A stretch of 64,000 bases of DNA from a bacterium (GTDB lineage: Bacteria; Electryoneota; JAOADG01). Shown here piece by piece: positions 39,634-49,249 of the stretch. The stretch lies in NCBI GenBank assembly GCA_963681965.1, contig OY820579.1, positions 1,600,001-1,664,000 of the forward strand. Reading direction: 5' to 3'. Position 1 is the stretch's first letter. Every line of letters begins with the position of its first letter. A program made the position numbers and the translations under genes. A model generated the notes under the pieces. It had not been told where the DNA came from. It made no database searches and saw only the letters and a program-made list of their open reading frames with translations.

Positions 39634-41604
39634 ATGACACAGAACTTAATTGAAAAAATAGCACAGCGATTTGCGTTAGGACTTCTCGATACGCATACCA
39701 TCCGAGCGGGCGATTATTTGTCGATTCAACCTGCTCATGTGATGACGCACGACAATACTGGAGCCGTTATTAAGAAGTTCCGGGAGATCGGCGCGAAACA
39801 GATGGCGAATCCGCGACAACCGGTATTCACGCTTGATCACAATATTCAAGATACCGGCGAAGACAATCGCAAGAAATATGCGAAGATTGCTGAATTCGCT
39901 AAGCAGATGGGAGTGGATGCGTATCCCGCCGGTCGGGGTATCGGTCATCAGGTGATGTGTGAGGAAGGATATGCCTTTCCGGGAATGATGGTGGTTGCAT
40001 CCGATAGTCATTCGAATATGTACGGTGGTTTGGGCTCGCTGGGAACCCCGATTGTGCGCACGGACGCGGCTGCGATTTGGGCGACTGGAAGAACGTGGTG
40101 GCAGGTTCCACCGGTTGCTTTGGTTGATTTACGTGGAAAACTGTTACCGGGAGTCACCGGAAAAGATGTGATTATTACCTTATGCGGTCTATTCAACAAG
40201 GACGAAGTATTGAATCACGCGATCGAATTCGGAGGCGATGGTGTTGCAGCACTCTCGATCGATAACCGGTTAGCAATCGCGAATATGACTACCGAGTGGG
40301 GTGCGTTGACTGGGGTATTTCCGGTCGACGATACGACGATTGCGTGGTTGGAAGCACGAGCTGCAGCAGTTGCCAAACGCGGTCTGGAAGGGGTCGTTTC
40401 GGATGCGGATACAGTGTCTGGCACTCATCCCCGGATGAATCAAAAGCGCATCGATGCTCTGAAACAAAATCCGTTGCGCCCGGATGCGGATGCAGTGTAT
40501 GCGAAACGGATCGTCCTCGATCTCGCGACGGTACGACCGCACATTTCCGGACCGAATCATGTCAAAGTAATGATGAGCGTGACGGAAGCGGATCGGCAGC
40601 ATATCGCCATTCAGAAAGCATATCTGGTATCGTGTGTGAATAGCCGAGTCGATGATTTGGCGGAAGGAGCGGCAGTTGCTCGCGGTAAGAAAATCGCAGC
40701 TGGCGTGAAGCTATATATTTCAGCAGCATCGATCGAAGTACAACGTGAAAGCGAGCGACGCGGCGACTGGCAAGCACTGCTGGATGCTGGAGCGATCCCC
40801 CTGATGGCTGGGTGCGGTCCGTGTATCGGATTGGGTGAGGGGTTGTTGGAAGATGGCGAAGTCGGTATTTCGGCTACGAACCGCAATTTCAAAGGGCGGA
40901 TGGGTTCGCCAAATGCAAAAGCCTATCTTGCTTCTCCAGCAGTAGTGGTGGCATCGGCAATCGCGGGATTCATCACGGCACCGACACCATTCGATGAAGT
41001 AAAGCCAATCGGTTCGATTGAAGTCGTTTCTTCGGGAGCATCCAAAACTCCTACCGTTCGCGTATTGGATGGATTCCCGGCAATAATCGAAGGGGAAATA
41101 TTGTTCTGTCATCAGGACAATCTTAATACCGATGGGATCTATCCTGGAAAATATACTTATCAGGATGACATTACGCCCGAGCAACAAGCACAAGTGGTCA
41201 TGGAAAATTACGATCCGGAATTCGGAAAGATTGCGAAAATCGGCGACCTATTGGCAGGTGGTTTCAATTTCGGGACCGGTTCCTCACGGGAACAGGCTGC
41301 GACTGCGTTAAAGTATCGTGGAATCCGATGTGTGGTTGCGGGTTCATTCAACCAGACTTATCAGCGTAATGCCATCAACAACGGTTTTCTAGTGATCGAA
41401 GCACCGGAATTGACGAAGGAATTGAAAGCGAAATTCGGTAGCGATCATCCTACGGTTCGAACGGGAATGACTGCAACAATCGATATCGCTCTTTCGAATA
41501 TCACAGTGGCTGGAACAGATTACGCAATTGGACCGGTTGGTGAAGCGGCGCAGGAGTTGATCATCGCGGGTGGTTTGGAAAATTGGGTGAAGCAGCGCAT
41601 CTAA
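39634..41604 (+). CDS. lysF: Single-chain homoaconitate hydratase (fungal Lys4/LysF-like)
   Basis: HDNT, LDHNIQD, PAGRGIGHQVMCEEGY, ASDSHSNMYGG, TPIVRTDAAAIWATG.TWWQ, SCVNSR and GCGPCIG; fused C-terminal swivel domain DNLNTDGIYPGKYTY and GSSREQAA. Confidence 0.88.
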   Translation: MTQNLIEKIAQRFALGLLDTHTIRAGDYLSIQPAHVMTHDNTGAVIKKFREIGAKQMANPRQPVFTLDHNIQDTGEDNRKKYAKIAEFAKQMGVDAYPAGRGIGHQVMCEEGYAFPGMMVVASDSHSNMYGGLGSLGTPIVRTDAAAIWATGRTWWQVPPVALVDLRGKLLPGVTGKDVIITLCGLFNKDEVLNHAIEFGGDGVAALSIDNRLAIANMTTEWGALTGVFPVDDTTIAWLEARAAAVAKRGLEGVVSDADTVSGTHPRMNQKRIDALKQNPLRPDADAVYAKRIVLDLATVRPHISGPNHVKVMMSVTEADRQHIAIQKAYLVSCVNSRVDDLAEGAAVARGKKIAAGVKLYISAASIEVQRESERRGDWQALLDAGAIPLMAGCGPCIGLGEGLLEDGEVGISATNRNFKGRMGSPNAKAYLASPAVVVASAIAGFITAPTPFDEVKPIGSIEVVSSGASKTPTVRVLDGFPAIIEGEILFCHQDNLNTDGIYPGKYTYQDDITPEQQAQVVMENYDPEFGKIAKIGDLLAGGFNFGTGSSREQAATALKYRGIRCVVAGSFNQTYQRNAINNGFLVIEAPELTKELKAKFGSDHPTVRTGMTATIDIALSNITVAGTDYAIGPVGEAAQELIIAGGLENWVKQRI

Positions 41605-41629
41605 TTCGAGCAATCATAATTAAAACGAT

Positions 41630-41662
41630 TCGGGTGGACAAATTCTGTCCACCCGATTTTTT
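41630..41662. terminator. Terminator between convergent lysF and E1-alpha genes
   Basis: TCGGGTGGACA-aattc-TGTCCACCCGA followed by a T run. Confidence 0.8.
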
Positions 41663-42731
41663 ATTCCCAGATTTTATTCGATCGTTTTTCAAATCCGGAC
41701 GCGTACACGCCACCATCTGCTTCGATACCCTCCGGTTCGGGTTGCACAAGCGCCCATTCCAATGCTGTTTTGATCTCTGCCTCGACAGATTGTTCAATTT
41801 CGATTAATTCGGTTTCAGTCACGATTTCGTTTCGTCTCAGATACCGACGATAGCGTGGAATGGGATCGAATGCCGACCAAGCTTCCGTTTGTGCTTTCGG
41901 TACGTAGTCAGCGGCATCGTGCGCGCTATGACCTTTCATGCGCATTGTAACACACTCAATCAATGCCGGACCGGCACCGGTTCGTGCCTGATTCAGAAAG
42001 TGACGCGAAGCGGCAAGTACTGCAAGGATGTTGTTGCCATCAACCGTTACGCCAGGGATTCCGTACCCGATTGCACGGTCGGAGAGCATCGCTAGGGCGT
42101 GTTGTTTATGGGTGGGTGTCGAATATGCGAATTGATTGTTTTCAATGAATACGATAACCGGAGCCTTCACCACGGAAGCGAAATTCATCCCTTCGTGAAA
42201 ATCACCGATCGAAACGCCACCATCGCCGAAGTAGGTGATGGCACAGCAGGGTTCATTGCGAACCTGACCGGCGTAGGTGACTCCAACAATAAACGGAAGC
42301 ATCGCCCCGATATGACTGATACATCCGGCAATATTGTAATCGAAATTGGCAAGGTGAACCGATCCATCGCGACCCAGCGTCGGACTGGTCTTCCGACCGA
42401 GATATTGCGACAACACAAATTTTACCGGTTGCCCTTTCACAATTTGAGCTGCGATATCACGATGCAACGGTGCCACCCAATCTTCCGATTGAAGTGCGAA
42501 AGCACTGCCTACGGTGATTGCCTCATGACCGATTCCGGGATAGACTCCGCCAACGATTTTCCCTTGTCGATACAATGAAATTGTGGTTTCTTCCGTTCGC
42601 CGACCCAGAAGCATGAAGCGATATAGCTGCCGGTGTTCAGCGTGGGAAATGGGACCATAATCGAGATCGGGAAGTTCCAATGGGATTCCAAATTGATCGG
42701 GAGTGGTAAGTGGAAAAGATAAATCGGTCAT
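41661..42731 (-). CDS. TPP-dependent 2-oxoacid dehydrogenase E1 alpha subunit
   Basis: GHEA, HRD, GDG...GDFHEGMNFA, ENNQFAYST, VDGN and RMKGHSAHD motifs. Start set at ATG 42731 behind an AAGGA RBS. Confidence 0.9.
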   Translation of the reverse strand: MTDLSFPLTTPDQFGIPLELPDLDYGPISHAEHRQLYRFMLLGRRTEETTISLYRQGKIVGGVYPGIGHEAITVGSAFALQSEDWVAPLHRDIAAQIVKGQPVKFVLSQYLGRKTSPTLGRDGSVHLANFDYNIAGCISHIGAMLPFIVGVTYAGQVRNEPCCAITYFGDGGVSIGDFHEGMNFASVVKAPVIVFIENNQFAYSTPTHKQHALAMLSDRAIGYGIPGVTVDGNNILAVLAASRHFLNQARTGAGPALIECVTMRMKGHSAHDAADYVPKAQTEAWSAFDPIPRYRRYLRRNEIVTETELIEIEQSVEAEIKTALEWALVQPEPEGIEADGGVYASGFEKRSNKIWE

Positions 42732-42811
42732 CGATATTCCTTGGATGTTCTTTAGGAAATACGAGGATAAGTTCGAAATTTGAGAGAATCGAGTTAAGTG
42801 GGATTGTAGAT

Positions 42812-42845
42812 AAAAAAAACGGCGGGGCTGACGTCCCGCCGTTTT
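42812..42845 (-). terminator. Intrinsic terminator of the LTD protein gene
   Basis: A8-CGGCGGGGC-tgac-GTCCCGCCG-TTTT. Confidence 0.8.
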
Positions 42846-42861
42846 CATTGAATGGAGAAAA

Positions 42862-45800
42862 TTAGTTGGCTGCTTTGACGCGATACAGTTTCTTGACTGC
42901 TGCAGTAGCATTCAGATCGGTGTAAGTATTCGTCGTGGAAGTTGCGATTAACGACCACGGTCCGGTCTGATAGGTAGCCGAATAAATATTGTAGGATGTT
43001 GCGCCAGAAACGGTAGTCCAGTTAAGTACTGCATTACCGTTTACTGTTGCGGACAAGGTAATCGCCAAATCGGTCGGATCTGGTGGTGGACCGGCAATCG
43101 AAATGGTAAATACATTGCTGATCACATCTACCGGACTATCCATATCGCCTACGATCACTTTACAGTTGGTCGACGGGGTATTGGGAATCGTCCATTCGAA
43201 CGAATGGGTATTGGCAATCGGTCCAAACAGATGGTTCCAAGACATCCCGCCATCCGTAGAATATGCACCATTCACCTGCGCGATACCATTATCCGTCCAA
43301 GTGATATTGTGCGTCGAACCGATATTCCAATTTTCGCCACCGACCGGTGAAGTTAGTGCGAGAGTGTGAAGCGTTACATAGAACCCTCCACCGTAGATTA
43401 CGCTATGATTATCCGAAACCAGCTTTAATGAGACATGATGATTGCTGACCCATTCCGGTACAGTCCAGTCGTATGAGTGGGTGTTTGTCGTGAAATCGAA
43501 AATTTGATTCCACGAAGCACCAGCTTCGTCGGTCATGTAATACATCGCTACTTGCGCACAACCATCATCCGTCCAGGTAATGTGTTGCACTGATCCGGGG
43601 AACAGAGTGTCGGTTGCCGCTGGGAAAGTAGCCGAAGTGAAGTTAATATTCTGAACCATAAACGATGGGCTGACACCGTATGCACTGGTAAGCGGTGACT
43701 CGACTTTAATTGTCAAGTAAAGTACTTGCCACTCGAATGCGGTAGTATTGAGTGGTACTGTCCATGCATAGGTGTTGGTATTCGGTAGATCCGAAACAAT
43801 CGAATGCCAATTTGTACCGTTATCGTCCGACCAGTAAAGGTTTACGAGATCCATGCCATTATCGGTCCAAGTAATGTTATGGACTGATCCAACCATCCAG
43901 AAGGAAGTGTTGGTTGGCGATGTGACAGTGACCTGATAATCGGAAATTGTGAAGGTGTTGCTAACTGCTTCTGCACCAGTTCCCGATGTGATTTTAACTT
44001 TACAAGTAGTCGATGGTGTAAACGGTAACGACCACGGGTAAGTACCGGTATTGGCGATCGGACCAAATATTTGCGTCCAGTTTGCACCATTGTCAACTGA
44101 GTAGAAACCGTTTGCTACCGTCATTCCATTATCAATCCACGTCACATTGTGCGTTGTTCCGACCACCCAGTCATTCCCGAAAGCCGGGCTGGTGACGGAA
44201 GCGATCGAATAATTCGCATTGACCGGCCATTCAGTAGACCAAACCGATGGAACGGAATTCTTGATGCTGCGAACCCGCCAAAAATAGCGAACCCCTGGAA
44301 CAAGTGTAGTAAACGTATAAGATGTGGTCGTGATAACTGAATTGTCGACTGTTGTGAACAGACTATCCGAAGCAACCTGGAGATGGTATGTCGCAGCCAA
44401 AGGATCGGCAACCCACTCAAAAGTCGCATTATTCGGTACCACGGTAGCATTCATTGACGGACCCATCTGGATCGGTGCCGACGAAAAGCCCGAACTCGGC
44501 ATTCCGGGGGTACCGTAATCGCCATTGATCATCTGAACGTTTGAAATGGACCATGAAGTACCAACTCGACGGTCGGCATTGAGGTCAGGCAGATAGATCG
44601 ATTTGCCAAGGGTATTGGCATTCAATGGCCACAATCCGGAAACGGCATACGACAAGCTGTCGATGATCGTTCCCGAGCTGTTGGTTAATGTCATACGTGC
44701 AGTTGAATTCGACAGCGAGCCAGTGCGGGGATACCCGTAATTAGCAGTGATACCCATAAACCCGGACAGCGAATCGGGGTAGTTGGCGAAGACTACATAT
44801 TGACCCGGTTGAACGATCAAATCGGTACCAATGATGGTATCGGCAACGCTGGAAGTCGACCAGTTAATCGTGACATGCCAGCCGTTGAGGTTGATCGCGG
44901 AAGATGTGGTATTGACCGCTTCGAACCATTCGAGCAATTGTTCGGATGAGGTTCGGTGGCTAGGGTGATAATTGATTTCGTCAATCATCATTACCGGTAG
45001 CGGGGTGGCAGTCCAAGAGAATACACCGGTCAAAGTACCGGCAACGTTGTTCGATGCGTCGGCAAGATTGCTAACCGATAAAGTGTATTCCACAGTGGAA
45101 ACCATCGGAGTCGACGGATTTAAATAGACCGATACATCCATCAAGTTAGCAGCGAGACGAACGCTGTCGATCGTTAAACCGAAGATGGAATAATTGGTCC
45201 GAAGATTGGCTGAGGCAGTTTCCAACGGTTCGTTGAAGTGTGCAATTGCGACATATCGACCGGAAGAAGCGACCGACGACAATATCGGAGGGGTAACGTC
45301 GCTGCCACCGTTGGTGGCGCCTGGAGTACCGTATAGCGTACCCGAGATCAACCAGTTGGCACCGAGTGAATTGTCGTGACTCGGGTTGTCGAGCATGATG
45401 CTGTAACCGGCTGTCGCAATCGGCCACGGCGATGCATTGGTGTAACCAACGGCATTGATTTCGTTACCACTCAAATCGTAAATGCGGATCGAGTCGGTTG
45501 GCATACTCAATTCGAACGTGAACGACGGACCGACGATAGTTGTAGAGACATCGGGATAATCGGCAATAAACGTTGAAGTGGTGTACGGGAGAATGTAGTA
45601 ACCACCGGCAGCGATCGTTGTACCGGCAGGAAGAGTATAACTGCGAACGGCATTGTCCGAGAACTGGAAGTACGAAAGATCGATTGTTTCAGCAGTATTG
45701 TTGTAGAGCTCAACCCAATCATGGGCATGTGATGCAGGCTCGGTACGGTAGTACATAACTTCGTTGACAACCAGCCGGGTATTGGTTAGCGGTGTTGCCA

Positions 45801-46782
45801 AAACGCGATAGCGGTAATCGGACGAGGGGAGCCGAACTGTGCTAGCACCTTGATTGGTCGCATCGACATAATATTCGACCAAAGTCCCTTCAACTTGTCC
45901 GGGAATATTGCCGGTCCAAGTTGTACCGGTAGTATTGGTCATGGCAACGGCTGTATAGGTGCCCGTGCCACCGGTGCGGTACTGAATATTGACGGTTGCA
46001 TTACTCGTTCCGGATACATCGGCAGTAATCGTTACCGCACTGTTCGGAGTCGGGTGCGATAAACCGGCATTGTTGACCGAATTAATCGAAGCTGGCAAAG
46101 TGCCGCCTCGAAGCGAAGCGATCCAAGCGGTATTCAAACCGCCGTTGCCTTGACCCGGAGTTACATTCGAAGCATAATCTAAAGCTACTGGAACTGTATA
46201 CCAATTGGCAGTATCTGCAACACCTGCGGCAGTATTTCCAATGTAATGAGTTGCTTTTGTATTAGTAGTACCGCCAAGTGGTTTTTTCGCTAAGAATCCT
46301 GCGTTATCGCCTTGATCCCAGTCGTGAATGACGACGCCAGCGGCATCTTTCAACATCGGTGCATCGCCAGCAGCAAAAGATGTTGAATTTCCATTATTGA
46401 AAGAGATCCAAGAACCACCATTCGTTACTTTGGTGCCGTTGTGAGCAAGTACGACTTTATTATCAGTGGTCCAATCGACATCCTCTGGTGGAACTCCAAG
46501 CGGTACATCGATTTCACCGGCATTATAGACAACGATGATTGTGCCTGCAGGAACCGAGGCAAACATTGCATCGCTGAACTGTACGTAGGCTGCAGAGGTT
46601 GCACTCGATGTGTAGTTATCGGTCAGGCGCCAGTTCTGCATGTTAGTGGTTTGAACTACTAGGAGTTCCACCCACTCTTTGGAGCCACTACCACCTTGCG
46701 TCCACTCATTGATGATCACCGACTGTGCAAACGACAGTGTGGTCATCAAGATGAGCGCAAAGAGGACAATTGCTTTTTTCAT
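42862..46782 (-). CDS. Large secreted protein with lamin-tail domains, Ig/Big domains, four ~90-aa TSP..G..W.VG..H.ITWTD repeats and a C-terminal Fn3-like module
   Basis: Signal MKKAIVLFALILMTTLSFA with GGAGG RBS; three (I/V)NE/IDE...(E/D)W.E...TPG LTD units. Confidence 0.82.
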   Translation of the reverse strand: MKKAIVLFALILMTTLSFAQSVIINEWTQGGSGSKEWVELLVVQTTNMQNWRLTDNYTSSATSAAYVQFSDAMFASVPAGTIIVVYNAGEIDVPLGVPPEDVDWTTDNKVVLAHNGTKVTNGGSWISFNNGNSTSFAAGDAPMLKDAAGVVIHDWDQGDNAGFLAKKPLGGTTNTKATHYIGNTAAGVADTANWYTVPVALDYASNVTPGQGNGGLNTAWIASLRGGTLPASINSVNNAGLSHPTPNSAVTITADVSGTSNATVNIQYRTGGTGTYTAVAMTNTTGTTWTGNIPGQVEGTLVEYYVDATNQGASTVRLPSSDYRYRVLATPLTNTRLVVNEVMYYRTEPASHAHDWVELYNNTAETIDLSYFQFSDNAVRSYTLPAGTTIAAGGYYILPYTTSTFIADYPDVSTTIVGPSFTFELSMPTDSIRIYDLSGNEINAVGYTNASPWPIATAGYSIMLDNPSHDNSLGANWLISGTLYGTPGATNGGSDVTPPILSSVASSGRYVAIAHFNEPLETASANLRTNYSIFGLTIDSVRLAANLMDVSVYLNPSTPMVSTVEYTLSVSNLADASNNVAGTLTGVFSWTATPLPVMMIDEINYHPSHRTSSEQLLEWFEAVNTTSSAINLNGWHVTINWSTSSVADTIIGTDLIVQPGQYVVFANYPDSLSGFMGITANYGYPRTGSLSNSTARMTLTNSSGTIIDSLSYAVSGLWPLNANTLGKSIYLPDLNADRRVGTSWSISNVQMINGDYGTPGMPSSGFSSAPIQMGPSMNATVVPNNATFEWVADPLAATYHLQVASDSLFTTVDNSVITTTSYTFTTLVPGVRYFWRVRSIKNSVPSVWSTEWPVNANYSIASVTSPAFGNDWVVGTTHNVTWIDNGMTVANGFYSVDNGANWTQIFGPIANTGTYPWSLPFTPSTTCKVKITSGTGAEAVSNTFTISDYQVTVTSPTNTSFWMVGSVHNITWTDNGMDLVNLYWSDDNGTNWHSIVSDLPNTNTYAWTVPLNTTAFEWQVLYLTIKVESPLTSAYGVSPSFMVQNINFTSATFPAATDTLFPGSVQHITWTDDGCAQVAMYYMTDEAGASWNQIFDFTTNTHSYDWTVPEWVSNHHVSLKLVSDNHSVIYGGGFYVTLHTLALTSPVGGENWNIGSTHNITWTDNGIAQVNGAYSTDGGMSWNHLFGPIANTHSFEWTIPNTPSTNCKVIVGDMDSPVDVISNVFTISIAGPPPDPTDLAITLSATVNGNAVLNWTTVSGATSYNIYSATYQTGPWSLIATSTTNTYTDLNATAAVKKLYRVKAAN

Positions 46783-46980
46783 AACTTTCCTCCGAATAAT
46801 CAATAGCTGAATTCGTGATTGTGAATTTTTAAACAGAAAAATGTAATAATCAGTTGTTAAGAAAGTGTGCAAAGGTACTCACTCGAGAGATTACTCTCAA
46901 GTGATTTCTGAAACTCGATAAAGTTTGATAAGTTAGGTACGGTTTTCACTGTTTTCAAACCAGTTTGACGGGAAGTAGAA

Positions 46981-48150
46981 ATGGGAAAAAAAAATTACCA
47001 AATGGATCGCAATTGCGAGTTTTTTCGTTATAAGTTTAATATAAATTATTTATTATTAACAGTATTGTTGGTCGTATTGAGTGGCTGCCCGACGCATCGA
47101 TTGCCGCAATTGTTATCCGATTCTGAACAAATGCGGGCGAAATCCGGTTTGGTGAAATTTCTTTCGAATAATAGCCGCATCCTCACTGAGGCAGGGATCA
47201 GCGAACCGACCGAGTTTTCGGTTGGCGCCAAACAAACCAATGAGATCCTGCCCTATGAATGCTGGGAACTTCAAATCAACGATCCTAAACGCCACCCCGT
47301 AAGACTGTTGCTGAAAATTTACAGTAACGATGAAGACGCACTCACTGAGGAAATCAATTACCGAAAGCTTCGCACCTTGAAGATGCCGGTACCGGTCGAT
47401 CTAGTATGGTCGAAAGCGAAACCGTATGCGAATGCGCCCTGTGTATTAATGGCGAAACCAGTAGGTCGCACTCTGGGAGAAGCGATCGCACTGAAGATCA
47501 GCAAAAAAGAGCCAGAAACGGCGCAGAATTATACCGACTTGATCAAAATATTAGCCGATTTACACCGTACGACCTTGCTCGATACGGTGGATCGGTTCCC
47601 GGTCGGGGAATGGTTGCGCCAAATGGCGGAAATCGGGGTGTATCGCGAGATCTGGGATCAAACGGTGTGCGATTCGCTCAAGGCGATTGCGAGTGGCTGG
47701 AAACCGGAGCGGAAAGCGAATATCCACGGCGCGTTGAGCTTTCAGAATGTCTGGGTCGACAGCTCATTTAAAGTAACAGTGTATACCGATTGGGAACGAA
47801 GCGGGTGTGGCGAACCGATCATTGATGTCGGTTTTTTGGCTGCGGAAATGATGGTGGCGCAGCCGTTGGAATTGCGGGAACGATACAATCAGGCGTTCGA
47901 TCCGGATTTCGATCGAATTGGCTTGACGAAAGCGTTCCTGGGTGCATACTTGAAGCAAACGGGTATTCCGAATACGGCTGAGTTGCAAGCCAATTTTCGT
48001 GCGTCATTTTACTTAAAGCTGGTATCGATCGTTATTTATCAGCAACGCGATCCGTTGTTGAAACGAGGGGTAGAGCAGATCCGATCGATGCTTTCGGTGC
48101 TTCTCCGGAATGATCCGACGCAGAAACTCGTTAATTTATCCGGTAAATGA
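46981..48150 (+). CDS. APH/choline-kinase-fold lipoprotein with a degenerate catalytic loop (start uncertain)
   Basis: Lipobox-like VLSGC; LLKIY, E..N...L, MPVP, LA.LH and IHGAL...N...DWE....G.P..D motifs. Confidence 0.65.
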   Translation: MGKKNYQMDRNCEFFRYKFNINYLLLTVLLVVLSGCPTHRLPQLLSDSEQMRAKSGLVKFLSNNSRILTEAGISEPTEFSVGAKQTNEILPYECWELQINDPKRHPVRLLLKIYSNDEDALTEEINYRKLRTLKMPVPVDLVWSKAKPYANAPCVLMAKPVGRTLGEAIALKISKKEPETAQNYTDLIKILADLHRTTLLDTVDRFPVGEWLRQMAEIGVYREIWDQTVCDSLKAIASGWKPERKANIHGALSFQNVWVDSSFKVTVYTDWERSGCGEPIIDVGFLAAEMMVAQPLELRERYNQAFDPDFDRIGLTKAFLGAYLKQTGIPNTAELQANFRASFYLKLVSIVIYQQRDPLLKRGVEQIRSMLSVLLRNDPTQKLVNLSGK

Positions 48151-48248
48151 AAGAAACTGATTAGTTAACGGGGATTGCGGCGGGTCGTTTCGACTTGGAA
48201 CTGAAGAAATTATGCAAGGTATTGAATAAGTTTGACCTCAAAGAGGAT

Positions 48249-48277
48249 TTGCATTTCCCGCAGAGGTTTTTTATCTT
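48249..48277 (+). promoter_or_regulatory. Sigma70-type promoter of the tRNA cluster
   Basis: TTGCAT-17 nt-TATCTT followed by GC-rich GCCATGC, 37 nt before tRNA-Glu. Confidence 0.6.
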
Positions 48278-48314
48278 GCCATGCTCGTAAAAATACGGGC
48301 AATTTTGTTATGTT

Positions 48315-48386
48315 GACTCCATCGTCTAGTGGTTAGGACTCGAGGTTTTCGACCTCGCAACCGGGGTTCGAACCCCCGTGGAGTCG
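48315..48386 (+). tRNA. tRNA-Glu(TTC)
   Basis: Acceptor GACTCCA/TGGAGTC; anticodon arm CGAGG-TTTTCGA-CCTCG; GGTTCGAA T-loop. Confidence 0.95.
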
Positions 48387-48462
48387 CAGTCTAGCGGTTC
48401 GATCAGACATGTTCTTTCATTCTTGTTTTGACCGGATTCCGATGGTACTATTCCATTGGTTT

Positions 48463-48536
<74 letters not shown>

Positions 48537-48641
48537 CGATAACAGTTGTTTACGTAGATAAGTCTGAAATAAGACGATAACTTGATTTTTCGGGCGATAT
48601 AGCGTTATATTAAGCGCTTGCGACGGTTTTAATCGTTCTTT

Positions 48642-48714
48642 GCGGGAGTAACTCAGTTGGTAGAGTGCCACGTTGCCAACGTGGTTGTCGCCGGTTCGAG
48701 TCCGGTCTCCCGCT
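48642..48714 (+). tRNA. tRNA-Gly(GCC)
   Basis: Acceptor GCGGGAG/CTCCCGC; anticodon arm CCACG-TTGCCAA-CGTGG. Confidence 0.96.
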
Positions 48715-48854
48715 CTCCATCGGTTCGGAAGGGTGGCAATGGAACGTTGTGCCATCTTTACCCGCGATCGCATCGCAGGGCTGATGCCGATACCTCACGT
48801 GCTGGGCGGAGACGAATACGGTTCTCCGTTTTATTTTTTCGGCGAGAGGGTTAC

Positions 48855-48926
<72 letters not shown>

Positions 48927-48942
48927 CTTTGAGTTGGGAACC

Positions 48943-49026
48943 GCCGGGGTGGCGGAATAGGCAGACGCAAGGGACTTAAAATCCCTCGGGGTAACACCCG
49001 TACCGGTTCAAGTCCGGTCCTCGGCA
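48943..49026 (+). tRNA. tRNA-Leu(TAA)
   Basis: Acceptor GCCGGGG/CCTCGGC; anticodon arm AGGGA-CTTAAAA-TCCCT; long variable arm. Confidence 0.95.
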
Positions 49027-49089
49027 CGCGGGACATTGCAGTCCGCGCCAGTTACATGGACGGATCCTTGCGATGTCGGCAAGAATTTC

Positions 49090-49164
<75 letters not shown>

Positions 49165-49249
49165 CTGCGATACAATCGTACGCGCAAATGAATTTCATCG
49201 GCGCCGCTATTGCGGCGTCTTGTGTCAGAGACCGCTGGAGGAGTATACC

